Origin: Pseudomonadota bacterium
GTDB lineage: Bacteria; Myxococcota_A; Bradymonadia; UBA4248
Direction of reading: 5' to 3'
NCBI GenBank assembly: GCA_017464085.1
Contig: JAFUEE010000105.1
Location: 7,214-71,213 of the forward strand
DNA: 64,000 nt
Of this stretch, positions 37,089-46,496 are shown in pieces (position 1 is the first letter of the stretch; every line of letters begins with the position of its first letter). A program made the position numbers and the translations under genes. The notes under the pieces are model-generated. The model worked only from the letters and a program-made list of their open reading frames with translations. It was not told the DNA's origin and searched no databases.

Positions 37089-37981
37089 GACGTGTCGCAT
37101 GGATGATCGGTCTGATGATGATGTTTTCGGGGCTGGCATTTGCACAGGAGCCGTGCCCGTCCGAAGCGCCTGAAATCCAGAAGCCCGCTGACCCGAATGA
37201 GAAGTGCAGGCCGGACCTGACGAATGACGCGCCGGTGCTCTTCGTGTTCCCTGAGGACGACAAGAAGCCCGCAGAAGATGCCGGCAGGAAGCCCGCAGAA
37301 GACAGAAATCCCGATGGCGCGAAGCAAGTCCGCGCATCACAGACGCCTGCGGATGCCGTGCGGAAGCTGCCCGAGACATGCACCTATAAGGCGTATGCCT
37401 GGGACACTAAAAAAAAACGCTCGACCGATCATTTTACCGTTTCCAAGCCCTATCGCGACGTGACCGATGACGAGCGCGACCCGAATGCGCCGCAGTGCAC
37501 GATCTGCAGTGAGGATCAGGTCACGATTGATCCCGCTGAGTTCGGGGTAAAGGCAGATGTGATCCGCATCTGCCATGTGTATGCGCCGCAGGTGCGTCAA
37601 GCGCTCGAGGCGATTGCAAAGTCAGGGGCGTTCGATATCGAAAAGCTCGAGGGATACAGGCCCGGCAGGACGCGCGGAAAAATCGACAAGAACGGCCTGC
37701 GCACAGAGTGGAGCAACCACAGCTTTGGCGCGGCGATCGACATCAATGCGCATCGGAACGCGATATACAGCAGCTGTCCCGATAAAATTGTCGGCCATGC
37801 CTCGGATGTCAAGAACTGCAAAAAAGGGATCGGCGGCGCCTATATGCCGGAAAAACAGCCGCGCGTCTCGATCACCAGGGACAGCGTCGTCTACCGGGAG
37901 ATGACGAAGTTCTGGAAGTGGGGCGGGGAAATCGAGGGGACGACGAAAGACATCATGCATTTTTCGATCACGGGGTATTAG
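37085..37981 (+). CDS. Secreted peptidase M15 family (VanY/D-Ala-D-Ala carboxypeptidase-like)
   Basis: Signal peptide present. Zn-binding motifs SNHSFGAAIDIN (H..G.A.D) and DIMHFS. Start overlaps the upstream stop (ATGA). Confidence 0.65.
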   Translation: MRRVAWMIGLMMMFSGLAFAQEPCPSEAPEIQKPADPNEKCRPDLTNDAPVLFVFPEDDKKPAEDAGRKPAEDRNPDGAKQVRASQTPADAVRKLPETCTYKAYAWDTKKKRSTDHFTVSKPYRDVTDDERDPNAPQCTICSEDQVTIDPAEFGVKADVIRICHVYAPQVRQALEAIAKSGAFDIEKLEGYRPGRTRGKIDKNGLRTEWSNHSFGAAIDINAHRNAIYSSCPDKIVGHASDVKNCKKGIGGAYMPEKQPRVSITRDSVVYREMTKFWKWGGEIEGTTKDIMHFSITGY

Positions 37982-37984
37982 GGG

Positions 37985-38374
37985 ATGTATGTTTCCATAT
38001 TGGCCCTGCCGTTTGTGATGGCTGGCATGAGCGTCGTCAATCTCGCTTTTGGGCCTGCAAGGACGCGGGATATGACGCATCGGGTGGCTGATGTTCTGCG
38101 CGCGTGCGTGCCAGCTCGCGATATCGGGCTTGAGCCTGACGATATGCGTTGCGAGCTGCGCCTGATCGAGCGCTGCAAACGCCCTCCGAGAATTGCCTGC
38201 TTTGAAACGGCGTGCGCATTCGACTTGTGGCTGGCGGCGCACGGGCAGAAAGCTGAGGTCTGTATCGGCAAGCGCATGGTGGGCGGACGGATCCGGATGC
38301 ATGCGTGGGTGGCGACTGATCCGGTGCCTTTTTTTTATGACGGACGTTTCGAAGAGGTCTGGAAAAACCACTGA
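37985..38374 (+). CDS. Transglutaminase-like superfamily small protein (PF13471 / lasso-peptide B2-like fold)
   Basis: 129 aa. RIACFETACAFDLWLAAHGQKAEVCIGKRMVGGRIRMHAWVATDPVPFFYD matches the C...riGv...HAWVe...D pattern of microcin J25 McjB/B2-like Cys proteases. No B1, C or precursor genes nearby. Confidence 0.55.
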   Translation: MYVSILALPFVMAGMSVVNLAFGPARTRDMTHRVADVLRACVPARDIGLEPDDMRCELRLIERCKRPPRIACFETACAFDLWLAAHGQKAEVCIGKRMVGGRIRMHAWVATDPVPFFYDGRFEEVWKNH

Positions 38375-38544
38375 TGCGGCGCCTTTCTTGCGCCTGGGCT
38401 GTATTTGATGCGTACAGAAGGGCTCTCGGGCGGTAAAAAAAATATAAAAGTTGTGTTATCTGAAAATGATGCCTATAAATAGCGCAAGTCAAGCAATGGC
38501 GCGGATTTTAACGCGTTGCGTCATTTCTAGGATGGAGTTTGAAG

Positions 38545-40551
38545 ATGACATTGAATAAGACAGCCGCCGTATTTGCAGCAGCTTGTTTGTTGGCGCTTGG
38601 ATGTGCCGAAGTGAGAGACGCAGATGGTTCGAGCAGCCCGGTGCTCGATCAGGACCAGACGATTCACAAGCCCGGGGAAGGGACTGATCCCGGGCTGACG
38701 CCTTCGAAGCCGGGCAATGACCCGCTCGTGCCAAATCAGCCCACTGACCCGGCACCTTCGGATCCGGTCGAACCGGAAGATCCTGCGCCCGTCGGCCCCA
38801 CGGATCCTGTCGATCCCGATGGCCCCACGGATCCTGTCGATCCCGAGGACCCCACGGATCCTGAAGATCCCGAAGACCCGGTAGACCCTGTCGATCCGGT
38901 CCCCGGCGATGGCGATCCGATCAACCGCGAAGTTGACGGCTATCCCGTCCTTCCGCTGACGTATGCGCCCTATACGACGCTTCAGATCGCGCACAAGCCG
39001 ACAATCGGCACGTCGATTCACCCGGTCGATTATGTCCTGGAGCTGATCTGGAATCGCGACCTGAAGGCCACGCAGAAGGACAAGTATGCGTATTATGGTC
39101 TTGGATATAAGGATGCGGAAGCCGAGCCTTGGATCCTCCGCGAGGAACTGCTTCGCATCTCCGATCCGAATTTCAGTCACAAGGGCAAAAGCCTCGCGTA
39201 TTTTTGGCAAGTCTCTGACCCGCAGCTCATCGACGAGGAGAGCCCCTGCCGCATGGAAGGCGTGACCATCGCGCCGTTTGTCGTCGCCAGCGCTTATCGC
39301 CCGCAGGGCATTTATTCGACGCACATGTTCGACCTGCACGTCCAGAGCGCGCGCCGGATTTCCGATATCAGCACGCGGCCGTTCGATTTCGCGCTCGTGA
39401 CCGGCGATATCGCAGACAATGCCCAGAAAAATGAGCATGCGTGGTTCCGCCGAATGATGGGCGGCGGAGTCCTCAATCCCGACAGCGGCAAGGATGACGA
39501 TCCCGTTCCCGGGCCCGGCAATGATTTCAACGATCCGTTCTATTCTCCGGGAATCGGCGATATTCCCTGGTATCCGGCAATCGGCAACCACGATCACCTC
39601 TATATGGGGTTCATGCCGTTCAACGACGTGATCCAGAATGCGTGCATGGGGTCGGAAGTCGTGGATCTGTTTGAGTTCATACCTATTCTTGCGTCACATG
39701 GCTATCGCGAGGGGTATCGCAACGGTTTCCAGGACGGCTCGAAGCCCGATGCGGACGTGGATGTGACGGGCCCGACTGTCGCGGATGCTGACCGCATGCT
39801 TCTGGACAAGGCTGCGACGCTCCAGCAGTTTTATGAGGCGGAAGGCCTTCCTAAAGGGCATGGCCTGGACCCCGAGCGCATCAAGACGGGGTGGGGGTAT
39901 TATTCGGTGCATCCGATTCCCGGCAAGCCGATCCGCCTCATCACGCTCGACACGAACAGCGGGACTTGGTCCGAGGCCAATATGACGCGCGAGCAGCTTG
40001 ACTGGCTCTCCGGGGAGATCGATGAAGCGCGCGCAAAGAAAGAGCTCGTCATACTTCAGTCTCACCACGGCACGGACATGTTTGGCGGCGCCGTGACGCA
40101 GAACGATTTCCAGAAGCTTCTCGCGTCATATTCCGGCGTGATCGTCCACATCACCGGCCATGGGCATAATAACGATTCCCATGTCTATATTGACGGCACC
40201 AAGGGGTATTGGGAAGTCATGCTCGCGTCTGTCGTCGATTTCCCGTCGCAGTCGCGCATCTTTGAAATCGTGCACGAGGGAAAGGGCTATATCGCGATCT
40301 ATATCACGAACATCGATCCGAACGCGCCCAAGGGGACATTCGTGGACACGGCGCTGCACTATGCGGCGGCGCGCAAATATTTCGCAACATCCAAAGATCC
40401 GGCAGCCGACTGGGAGGCCGAAAAAGCTCATCGGAACCTGATCCTTCGCACGCGAGTTTCTGAGGATATCTATAAAAATCTCGAAAAATATGAGTGGTCA
40501 GACACAATCGAATCAGAGGAGGTGCTCAAGAATTTGAAGTTTGCGCCGTGA
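38545..40551 (+). CDS. Calcineurin-like metallophosphoesterase lipoprotein with P/D-rich linker
   Basis: ATG 38545 (the track starts at an upstream TTG). Lipobox ALGC. PTDPVDPDGPTDPVDPEDPTDPEDPEDP linker. Phosphoesterase motifs GDIADN, GNHD, GHGH. Confidence 0.75.
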   Translation: MTLNKTAAVFAAACLLALGCAEVRDADGSSSPVLDQDQTIHKPGEGTDPGLTPSKPGNDPLVPNQPTDPAPSDPVEPEDPAPVGPTDPVDPDGPTDPVDPEDPTDPEDPEDPVDPVDPVPGDGDPINREVDGYPVLPLTYAPYTTLQIAHKPTIGTSIHPVDYVLELIWNRDLKATQKDKYAYYGLGYKDAEAEPWILREELLRISDPNFSHKGKSLAYFWQVSDPQLIDEESPCRMEGVTIAPFVVASAYRPQGIYSTHMFDLHVQSARRISDISTRPFDFALVTGDIADNAQKNEHAWFRRMMGGGVLNPDSGKDDDPVPGPGNDFNDPFYSPGIGDIPWYPAIGNHDHLYMGFMPFNDVIQNACMGSEVVDLFEFIPILASHGYREGYRNGFQDGSKPDADVDVTGPTVADADRMLLDKAATLQQFYEAEGLPKGHGLDPERIKTGWGYYSVHPIPGKPIRLITLDTNSGTWSEANMTREQLDWLSGEIDEARAKKELVILQSHHGTDMFGGAVTQNDFQKLLASYSGVIVHITGHGHNNDSHVYIDGTKGYWEVMLASVVDFPSQSRIFEIVHEGKGYIAIYITNIDPNAPKGTFVDTALHYAAARKYFATSKDPAADWEAEKAHRNLILRTRVSEDIYKNLEKYEWSDTIESEEVLKNLKFAP

Positions 40552-40884
40552 GTCTGTTGTGTGGGCAAGCGCTATCGGCCGCTGGCCGATACGCGCTGCT
40601 GATGTCATCGCTATCGGCCGCTGGCCGATACGCGCTGACCAGGATATTTTGGGGGGCTGCGCAGATATCGCCGGGCTGCGTCATCTCGCTGGGCCGTCGT
40701 GCTTGTATCCTGCCAATTTCTCAAAACATCTGTTTCTTAAAAATGGCCATCTGTCAAGGCAGAGGGCTTTGCGCACGCTGCTGGAATGCTTCAGGTAGTA
40801 CTTTGGCGTGATTGGTGAAAAAATACTTTAAACCTGCTTTAATTCCAACTAGAGTACACAAGGGCTCTTTTGGCGGAGGTCTTT

Positions 40885-42339
40885 ATGAGAAAAATAGGAT
40901 TCCTGCTTCTTTCAGCATTCGCGGTCATGAGTCTTGGATGCGATGACAAGGGCATGACCATTGGTTCTGGAGAATGTCTGAGCAGTAAGGATTGTCCGCA
41001 TCCGACGCTGTATAAGTGCGTGCACACGCTGGGTGTTTGCGTGGAAGCCAACCCCGGCCACTGCTTTGACTATGTCCAGAACGAGGACGAGACAGATGTG
41101 GATTGCGGCGGCGTGTCATGCGAGGCCTGCGCGGAAGGAGCGATGTGCGGTTCGAATGGGGATTGTGTCTCCGGGCTTTGCGAGGAGGGCCAGTGTGTGT
41201 CCGTGGCGTGCGATTCAGACGACAAGTGCGCGGAGAGCGGCGGCCACAGCTGCAACCTGGATACGCATACCTGCAATACGTGCAAAGACGGGACGATGAA
41301 TGGCGCGGAGACCGCAAGAGATTGCGGCGGTCCGTGTGACAAATGCGGTCCCGGCCTCGGGTGCAGGGCGGATTCGGACTGCCTCTCTGGATCATGTGAA
41401 AGCGGGGTCTGCGGCGATTCGATGTGCCACAGCGACGGGGAGTGCCCCGACCGCTATATGTGTGATCCGGGCGGCATCTGCATCGCGTGTATCGACAACA
41501 TCAAGAATGGCACTGAGACCGATACGGACTGCGGCGGAAGCAGCTGTCCTGCATGCGCGGAAGGCAAGGCTTGTGCCGGAAACAGCGACTGCCAGACGGG
41601 CAATTGTGAAAGCGGCATCTGCAAGCCGAAAGTCGATCTGTGCAAGAACGGCGCGCAGGATCCCGGGGAGTCCGATGTGGATTGCGGCGGCCCTTGCGAG
41701 CAGTGCGGCGTGGGCAAGAAATGCGGCTCGGAAAAAGACTGCACCTCCTGGATGTGCCAGGAGGGCACTTGCCAGGGCGTGGCCTGCGAGACGGTGATCG
41801 CGAACGAGGTCCTGATCAATGAAGTGTTCACGAATCCGGACACAGGGGCTGCGATGCACCATTCGAGCAGCAAGCAGATGAAGTATATTGAACTCTATAA
41901 TTCGAGCGCGAAGCGCGCGAACATTGGGGAGCTTCACATTGCGGTCAGGAAAGCTGATGGAAGCACCGGCCGTATCTCGCTGGCAGGCTGTCTGGATGCC
42001 AAACGCTATCTGATCCTTTATCCGCAGGGCGAAAAGCTCGAAGCGCTTGATCTGGATGCCATTTCGGTAGCTTCTGCGGAAATTTCGAGTGCGATTGACA
42101 GCGCGGCGGCCTTTAAGGTCGAGCTCGTCAACACGCGCAGCAGCGTGGCCGTTCACAAGGTTCAGCTGCCTGATATGAGCGCGAAGAAGGGCATTTCGGC
42201 GGCTCGCCCGGCAGCGCCGGCAGTCAACGAGGGGGCTGAGGTCTTTGTCGAGCACAGTGCGATCAAGGCGGATGACGGCACGAGCGAGAATCCGTACAGT
42301 CCGGGGCTTTCCAACAGCATTGGCGTGCCGATGGGATAA
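40885..42339 (+). CDS. Cys-rich lipoprotein (6x DCGG..C..C..G..C..N.DC.SG.C..G.C repeats) with C-terminal Lamin-tail domain (LTD)
   Basis: Lipobox SLGC after GGAGG. Six ~40-aa Cys repeats. C-terminus VLINEVFTNPD....MKYIELYNSS matches the LTD consensus (INEV...D..EFIELYN). Confidence 0.7.
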   Translation: MRKIGFLLLSAFAVMSLGCDDKGMTIGSGECLSSKDCPHPTLYKCVHTLGVCVEANPGHCFDYVQNEDETDVDCGGVSCEACAEGAMCGSNGDCVSGLCEEGQCVSVACDSDDKCAESGGHSCNLDTHTCNTCKDGTMNGAETARDCGGPCDKCGPGLGCRADSDCLSGSCESGVCGDSMCHSDGECPDRYMCDPGGICIACIDNIKNGTETDTDCGGSSCPACAEGKACAGNSDCQTGNCESGICKPKVDLCKNGAQDPGESDVDCGGPCEQCGVGKKCGSEKDCTSWMCQEGTCQGVACETVIANEVLINEVFTNPDTGAAMHHSSSKQMKYIELYNSSAKRANIGELHIAVRKADGSTGRISLAGCLDAKRYLILYPQGEKLEALDLDAISVASAEISSAIDSAAAFKVELVNTRSSVAVHKVQLPDMSAKKGISAARPAAPAVNEGAEVFVEHSAIKADDGTSENPYSPGLSNSIGVPMG

Positions 42340-42441
42340 TCGTCTGATAGCAAGCGGGCCTGAAACTTGGCGTTCAGGCCGTTTCTCTGATAGTTTTTGC
42401 AGGCTCATCCGGGCCTGCTTCTTTGTGATTCGAAGAGGGGG

Positions 42442-42507
42442 TAGCTGCGTATTTTCCGGCAAGCGGAATGGCCGCTTGCCGGAAAATAGCCGCGCAGGGG
42501 GAGTCTT
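42442..42507. repeat. Composite hairpin repeat (15-bp perfect stem + GGGGGA-gtct-TCCCCC), copy 2 of the element at 3467-3517
   Basis: ttttccggcaagcgg-aatggc-ccgcttgccggaaaa then atagccgcgcagggggagtcttccccctccc. The reverse complement of 3467-3491 matches 42483-42507 with 1 mismatch. Confidence 0.6.
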
Positions 42508-42568
42508 CCCCCTCCCATAAAAATGCCATTCGGGCATTTCTTTCAGAAACGGTGTGGTGATATCATTC

Positions 42569-42754
42569 ATGAAAAGATGTTTTCTTCTTTTGTTTGTGTT
42601 GTTTGCGGGCGTGTCGGCGTGCAGTGATGACACGGAGACGGTGACGATGTGTGACTGCCGTGAGGATGAATATTGTCGTGACGACAAATGTTACGAGACG
42701 GATGCCGATATCGCGCCGGCTCCCGATGAGGGTGAAACGCAAAATGACAATTGA
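42569..42754 (+). CDS. Small secreted lipoprotein (61 aa, hypothetical)
   Basis: MKRCFLLLFVLFAGVSAC signal with lipobox. Cys-rich acidic mature peptide. Overlaps the coaD start by ~11 nt. Confidence 0.4.
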   Translation: MKRCFLLLFVLFAGVSACSDDTETVTMCDCREDEYCRDDKCYETDADIAPAPDEGETQNDN

Positions 42755-43271
42755 CACGGGGGCGTCAGAGGCTTTTGGGCGGCAGGATGACCGTCTGGCG
42801 GTGTATGCTGGCACGTTTGATCCGCCGACGTTCGGCCATATCGATCTGATCCGTCGCGCATCGAGGTCGTTTGGGCATGTCATCGCCGCGATCGGCGTCA
42901 ATCCGGGCAAGAAAGTGATGTTCTCGACGGATGAACGGCTGGGGTTTCTTCGGACGGCGCTTGCCGATCTTCCGAATGTGTCATGCAGTGCGTATTCGGG
43001 GCTTCTCGTCGATTACTGCCGCCAGGTCAATGCGCGTGTCATCATTCGCGGCCTCAGGGCGGTCGCGGACTTTGAATATGAATTTCAGATGGCGCTTGCA
43101 AACCGAGATCTGGCGCCAGAGATTGAGACAGTTTTTCTGATCGCGGCGACGGACAAGCTCTTTCTGTCGAGCTCTGTGGTCAAAGAAATCGCGTCATACG
43201 GGAGAGATGTTTCGCAGTATGTGCCCCCGTGTGTCGCAGAGGCGATTCATAATTATTATCATAAGGAATGA
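42744..43271 (+). CDS. coaD: Phosphopantetheine adenylyltransferase
   Basis: AVYAGTFDPPTFGHIDLI (T/HxGH nucleotidyltransferase motif). ~175 aa. The ATG at 42744 is chosen over upstream in-frame Mets. Confidence 0.85.
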   Translation: MTIDTGASEAFGRQDDRLAVYAGTFDPPTFGHIDLIRRASRSFGHVIAAIGVNPGKKVMFSTDERLGFLRTALADLPNVSCSAYSGLLVDYCRQVNARVIIRGLRAVADFEYEFQMALANRDLAPEIETVFLIAATDKLFLSSSVVKEIASYGRDVSQYVPPCVAEAIHNYYHKE

Positions 43272-43274
43272 GCG

Positions 43275-45335
43275 ATGAATGCAGCGCAGTACCTCGAGAA
43301 GCGATACGGTCTACTTTGTGAGCTATGCGATCAGGCGGCATCCGGCGCGCCAGGTGCTGCGGGGCGATATCTGGAAGGCGTTGCCGCGCTTGACGGGGCT
43401 TGTGATGGCGCGGTGCCGTTCCGGCAGGTCGTTGCGGACTTTCGGCTGACTGCGTTCGAGGCTGATGTGGTGTTCCTTTCGCTTGCGCCGTCTTTGGATG
43501 CGAACTTTCGCCAGAAGATTGCGAAACTTCGCCAGAATTTTGCGTTTTCTCAGCCCGATGTCGGTCTGGCGCTTGAGCTGTTCAGCCCGGATTTTGCGTC
43601 AAAGATTGAGAATCGTCAGGCATTTGCGCCTGCCGGCGCGCTGATCGCGCATCATCTGATCGAGCTCATGCCGAAATTTGGCGCGGAGACGCAGCTTCAG
43701 GATATGGTGCTGGTGCTGCCGTCGCGCGTGGAGTGTCATCTTCTCGGCATCGCGGCTGACCTCAATCTGGACGGCTTCAGCCGGCTGTTCTACCCCAGGA
43801 CGACAGTCGATCAGGTCATGATGGGGGAGAAGTACAAAAAGCAGATCATGACGCTCGTGACGCAGTACGAGAATTGTCTGAAGCTCAAGGATGCGTGTCA
43901 TTTTGAGGAGATCGGCGGCGGCGGCCGCAACCTGATTTTGCTGTTCAGCGGGCCATCCGGGACGGGCAAGACCTTGATGAGCCAGGCGGTGGCCAATGCG
44001 CTTGGTCGCCCGCTGCTGCTCGTGGATGCGCATGAGCTTGAGGCGAAGCGCAGTCTTGAGGACAATCTTGACCTTTTGATGCGCGAGGCACGGCTTCAGC
44101 GCGCGGTGCTCCTGTTTGATGACTGCGAGCTGATCTTTGCGTCGAGGACGCAGGGCAACCGGGATCTGCCGCTGCTGCTTGCGGCGCTTGATGCATACGA
44201 AGGAATCGTCATATTGACGACGAATCTGCCCGGGGCGCTCGATCCTGCGCTCGACAGGCGCGTGACGCTGCAGATTGATTTTGAAATTCTCCCCGTCCGG
44301 CTTCGCGAACAGATCTGGCGGCTGCATCTGCCTCAGAATGTCAGGCTCTCTGAAGATGTCGATCTGCACAGGCTTGCGGACAAGTATGAGTTTTCCGGCG
44401 GGACGATCCGGAACTCGGTGGCTGTGGCGCTCAATCGCGCGCTCGCGGAATGTGACGGCGGCGAACTCGTCCTGACCATGCACACGCTTGAGGAGGCGGC
44501 CAAAACACAGATCAGGAACAAGATAAGGAAGCTGGCGGACAAGACGCTGACGACGCTGACGCTGGATGACCTGATTCTGCCCAAAAAAGTCAAGCATCAG
44601 ATCAACAGTCTGATTGCATCTGTGCGCAATCGCCGCACGATCTTTGAGGAATGGGGATTTGGGGAAAAGATCACCAAAGGGCGCGGCATCTGCGCGCTGT
44701 TTCGCGGTGATTCAGGCACGGGCAAGACTTTGTCGGCGGAGATCATTGCGAACGAGCTCGGCATGACGCTTTATCGCGTGCGCATTCCGGCGATTGTCTC
44801 TAAATATGTGGGGGAGACGGAGAAGAATCTTGAAAAGTGTTTTCGTGAAGCAGCCGCAAGCGGCGCGCTTCTGCTCTTTGACGAGGCGGATTCGATTTTT
44901 TCCAAGCGCACCGAAGTCAAGGATTCGAACGACAGATATTCCAACATGGAGGTCAATCTGCTCTTGCAGGAAGTCGAGCGTTTTGAAGGTGTCGTGATTT
45001 TGACGACAAATCTGGATGCGGCGATTGATGATGCATTTGAGCGCCGATTAAATCACAAGATCGATTTCCCGTTCCCAGAGGCGAGATATCGCGCCAAGAT
45101 CTGGAAGAGCCTGCTGCCGGCGACCGCCCCGCTTGCGGAGGGGATAGATTTCGAGACGCTCGGCCGGGATCTGGAGCTTTCTGGCGGCTGTATCAAGAAC
45201 TCGGTGGTTCGGGCGGCGTATCGCGCTGCGGAGCGCAATATTCCGATAGACATGGATCTGCTCGAGGCAGCCGGCATTCAGGAATACCGTGAGATGGGCA
45301 AGCTTGTTCCCAATCGGAACAATCCGTGGGACTGA
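43275..45335 (+). CDS. Tandem AAA+ ATPase (two classic-clade AAA domains) with ~220-aa N-terminal domain
   Basis: Walker A GPSGTGKT and GDSGTGKT. Walker B LLFDDCE and LLFDEAD. Both domains followed by TTNL...DPALDRR / DDAFERR arginine-finger regions. 686 aa. Confidence 0.8.
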   Translation: MNAAQYLEKRYGLLCELCDQAASGAPGAAGRYLEGVAALDGACDGAVPFRQVVADFRLTAFEADVVFLSLAPSLDANFRQKIAKLRQNFAFSQPDVGLALELFSPDFASKIENRQAFAPAGALIAHHLIELMPKFGAETQLQDMVLVLPSRVECHLLGIAADLNLDGFSRLFYPRTTVDQVMMGEKYKKQIMTLVTQYENCLKLKDACHFEEIGGGGRNLILLFSGPSGTGKTLMSQAVANALGRPLLLVDAHELEAKRSLEDNLDLLMREARLQRAVLLFDDCELIFASRTQGNRDLPLLLAALDAYEGIVILTTNLPGALDPALDRRVTLQIDFEILPVRLREQIWRLHLPQNVRLSEDVDLHRLADKYEFSGGTIRNSVAVALNRALAECDGGELVLTMHTLEEAAKTQIRNKIRKLADKTLTTLTLDDLILPKKVKHQINSLIASVRNRRTIFEEWGFGEKITKGRGICALFRGDSGTGKTLSAEIIANELGMTLYRVRIPAIVSKYVGETEKNLEKCFREAAASGALLLFDEADSIFSKRTEVKDSNDRYSNMEVNLLLQEVERFEGVVILTTNLDAAIDDAFERRLNHKIDFPFPEARYRAKIWKSLLPATAPLAEGIDFETLGRDLELSGGCIKNSVVRAAYRAAERNIPIDMDLLEAAGIQEYREMGKLVPNRNNPWD

Positions 45336-45336
45336 G

Positions 45337-46389
45337 ATGCTGTATGCGCTTTTAAACAGGCTGATCCGATATGCTGTGAATCATGGCGTGCCGCCAGAGC
45401 GGATCTTGTCGCGCGCGCGCGCGTGCGGCATCTTGCCTTATCTGTATGCAGGGATTCGTCAGAATCATATCTTGTGTTCGGAGATGGGCTTGCCGGAAGC
45501 CTTGTTGAATCGCCAGATTTCGGCATTTCGGATAGAGCAGACGGCTCGTTTGGGGCTTTGGTATTATTCGCTCGGGGAGATTGTCCGTGCGATCGGGGAA
45601 GAGCATATCGTGCTCAAGGGCGCGCCATTGGGGCAGGTGCTGATGTCGGATGCGCTTTGGCGCGGCACTTCGGATATCGACATTTGGGTGCCGTATGACC
45701 AGCGCGAGCATGTGCAGAAATGCTGTCAGTCTCTCGGGTATGAAGTGGGGGCCGAGCCGCATCTCTGGGCGACGAATCAGATGATTCTCAAGCACAAAAG
45801 GCTTGTGCCCGTTGAGATACATTGGGCGCTTGCGCCGCAGCCCTGGATTTCTCCGTCATTTGAGGAAGCCTTTGCGCGTTCGCGAATGATTGATTCCGCG
45901 CGCGGGCAGGCCGTTCGGATCTTGGGCGATGCGGATCTTTACTTGAATCTTCTCGTGCATGCGCATCAGCATTATTTTTCGCTCAAGACACTGTGCGATC
46001 TCGCGATTGCCCAGGAAAAGCTTGATAAGCCCGAAGCGCTTCTCGCGGCATGTCATCTTCGGAAGCTTGACAGATTTGTCGTGGATCTGTTCGGCGCGCT
46101 TCTTTCGGAAGGGGGAGGGGCGAAGTCGTATCTGGCGCATCTCTGGTTTGATTCGCTTCTGTCGGATACCCGTCGCGGGACAATGGTGTTTGCCGAAGGG
46201 GATGCGCGCTATGCCGCGCCAGGCGTTGCGCTTCGCGCGATATCCATGTGTCTGCTGGATGGGACTGCGATTTCGGCGGATGCAGCGCTTCAGGTCATCT
46301 TTTGCGGTCCGCATTCCGTGGGGCGGATCTGCCATGCGCCCTATCGCGCGTTGCGTCGGGTGTGCGGGCCGGTCATCGGCATTGAATGA
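45337..46389 (+). CDS. Nucleotidyltransferase-fold protein (PF14907-like uncharacterised NTase)
   Basis: HIVLKGAPLGQVLMSDALWRGTSDIDIWVPYDQ...LGYEV...VEIHWAL fits the G-S...D.D / h.H pattern of the minimal NTase fold. Start is 2 nt after the AAA+ stop. Confidence 0.6.
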   Translation: MLYALLNRLIRYAVNHGVPPERILSRARACGILPYLYAGIRQNHILCSEMGLPEALLNRQISAFRIEQTARLGLWYYSLGEIVRAIGEEHIVLKGAPLGQVLMSDALWRGTSDIDIWVPYDQREHVQKCCQSLGYEVGAEPHLWATNQMILKHKRLVPVEIHWALAPQPWISPSFEEAFARSRMIDSARGQAVRILGDADLYLNLLVHAHQHYFSLKTLCDLAIAQEKLDKPEALLAACHLRKLDRFVVDLFGALLSEGGGAKSYLAHLWFDSLLSDTRRGTMVFAEGDARYAAPGVALRAISMCLLDGTAISADAALQVIFCGPHSVGRICHAPYRALRRVCGPVIGIE

Positions 46390-46496
46390 GGGGATTTACC
46401 CCGGACGGCTCTTAGAAAAATTGGCATTCTGTAGGGAAATGTGTTATTATTTTAATCTCGCATGTGCGAGTGGGATAAGAACTTTAGGAGGAAAAC

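Noticed and set aside
37985-45337. Possible lasso-peptide biosynthetic cluster (PF13471 B2-like + PF14907 NTase in same neighbourhood)
   Set aside because: No asparagine-synthetase-like cyclase, no PqqD-like B1 and no plausible precursor ORF. The two genes are 7 kb apart, separated by unrelated genes and in different operons. The components are reported separately as findings.
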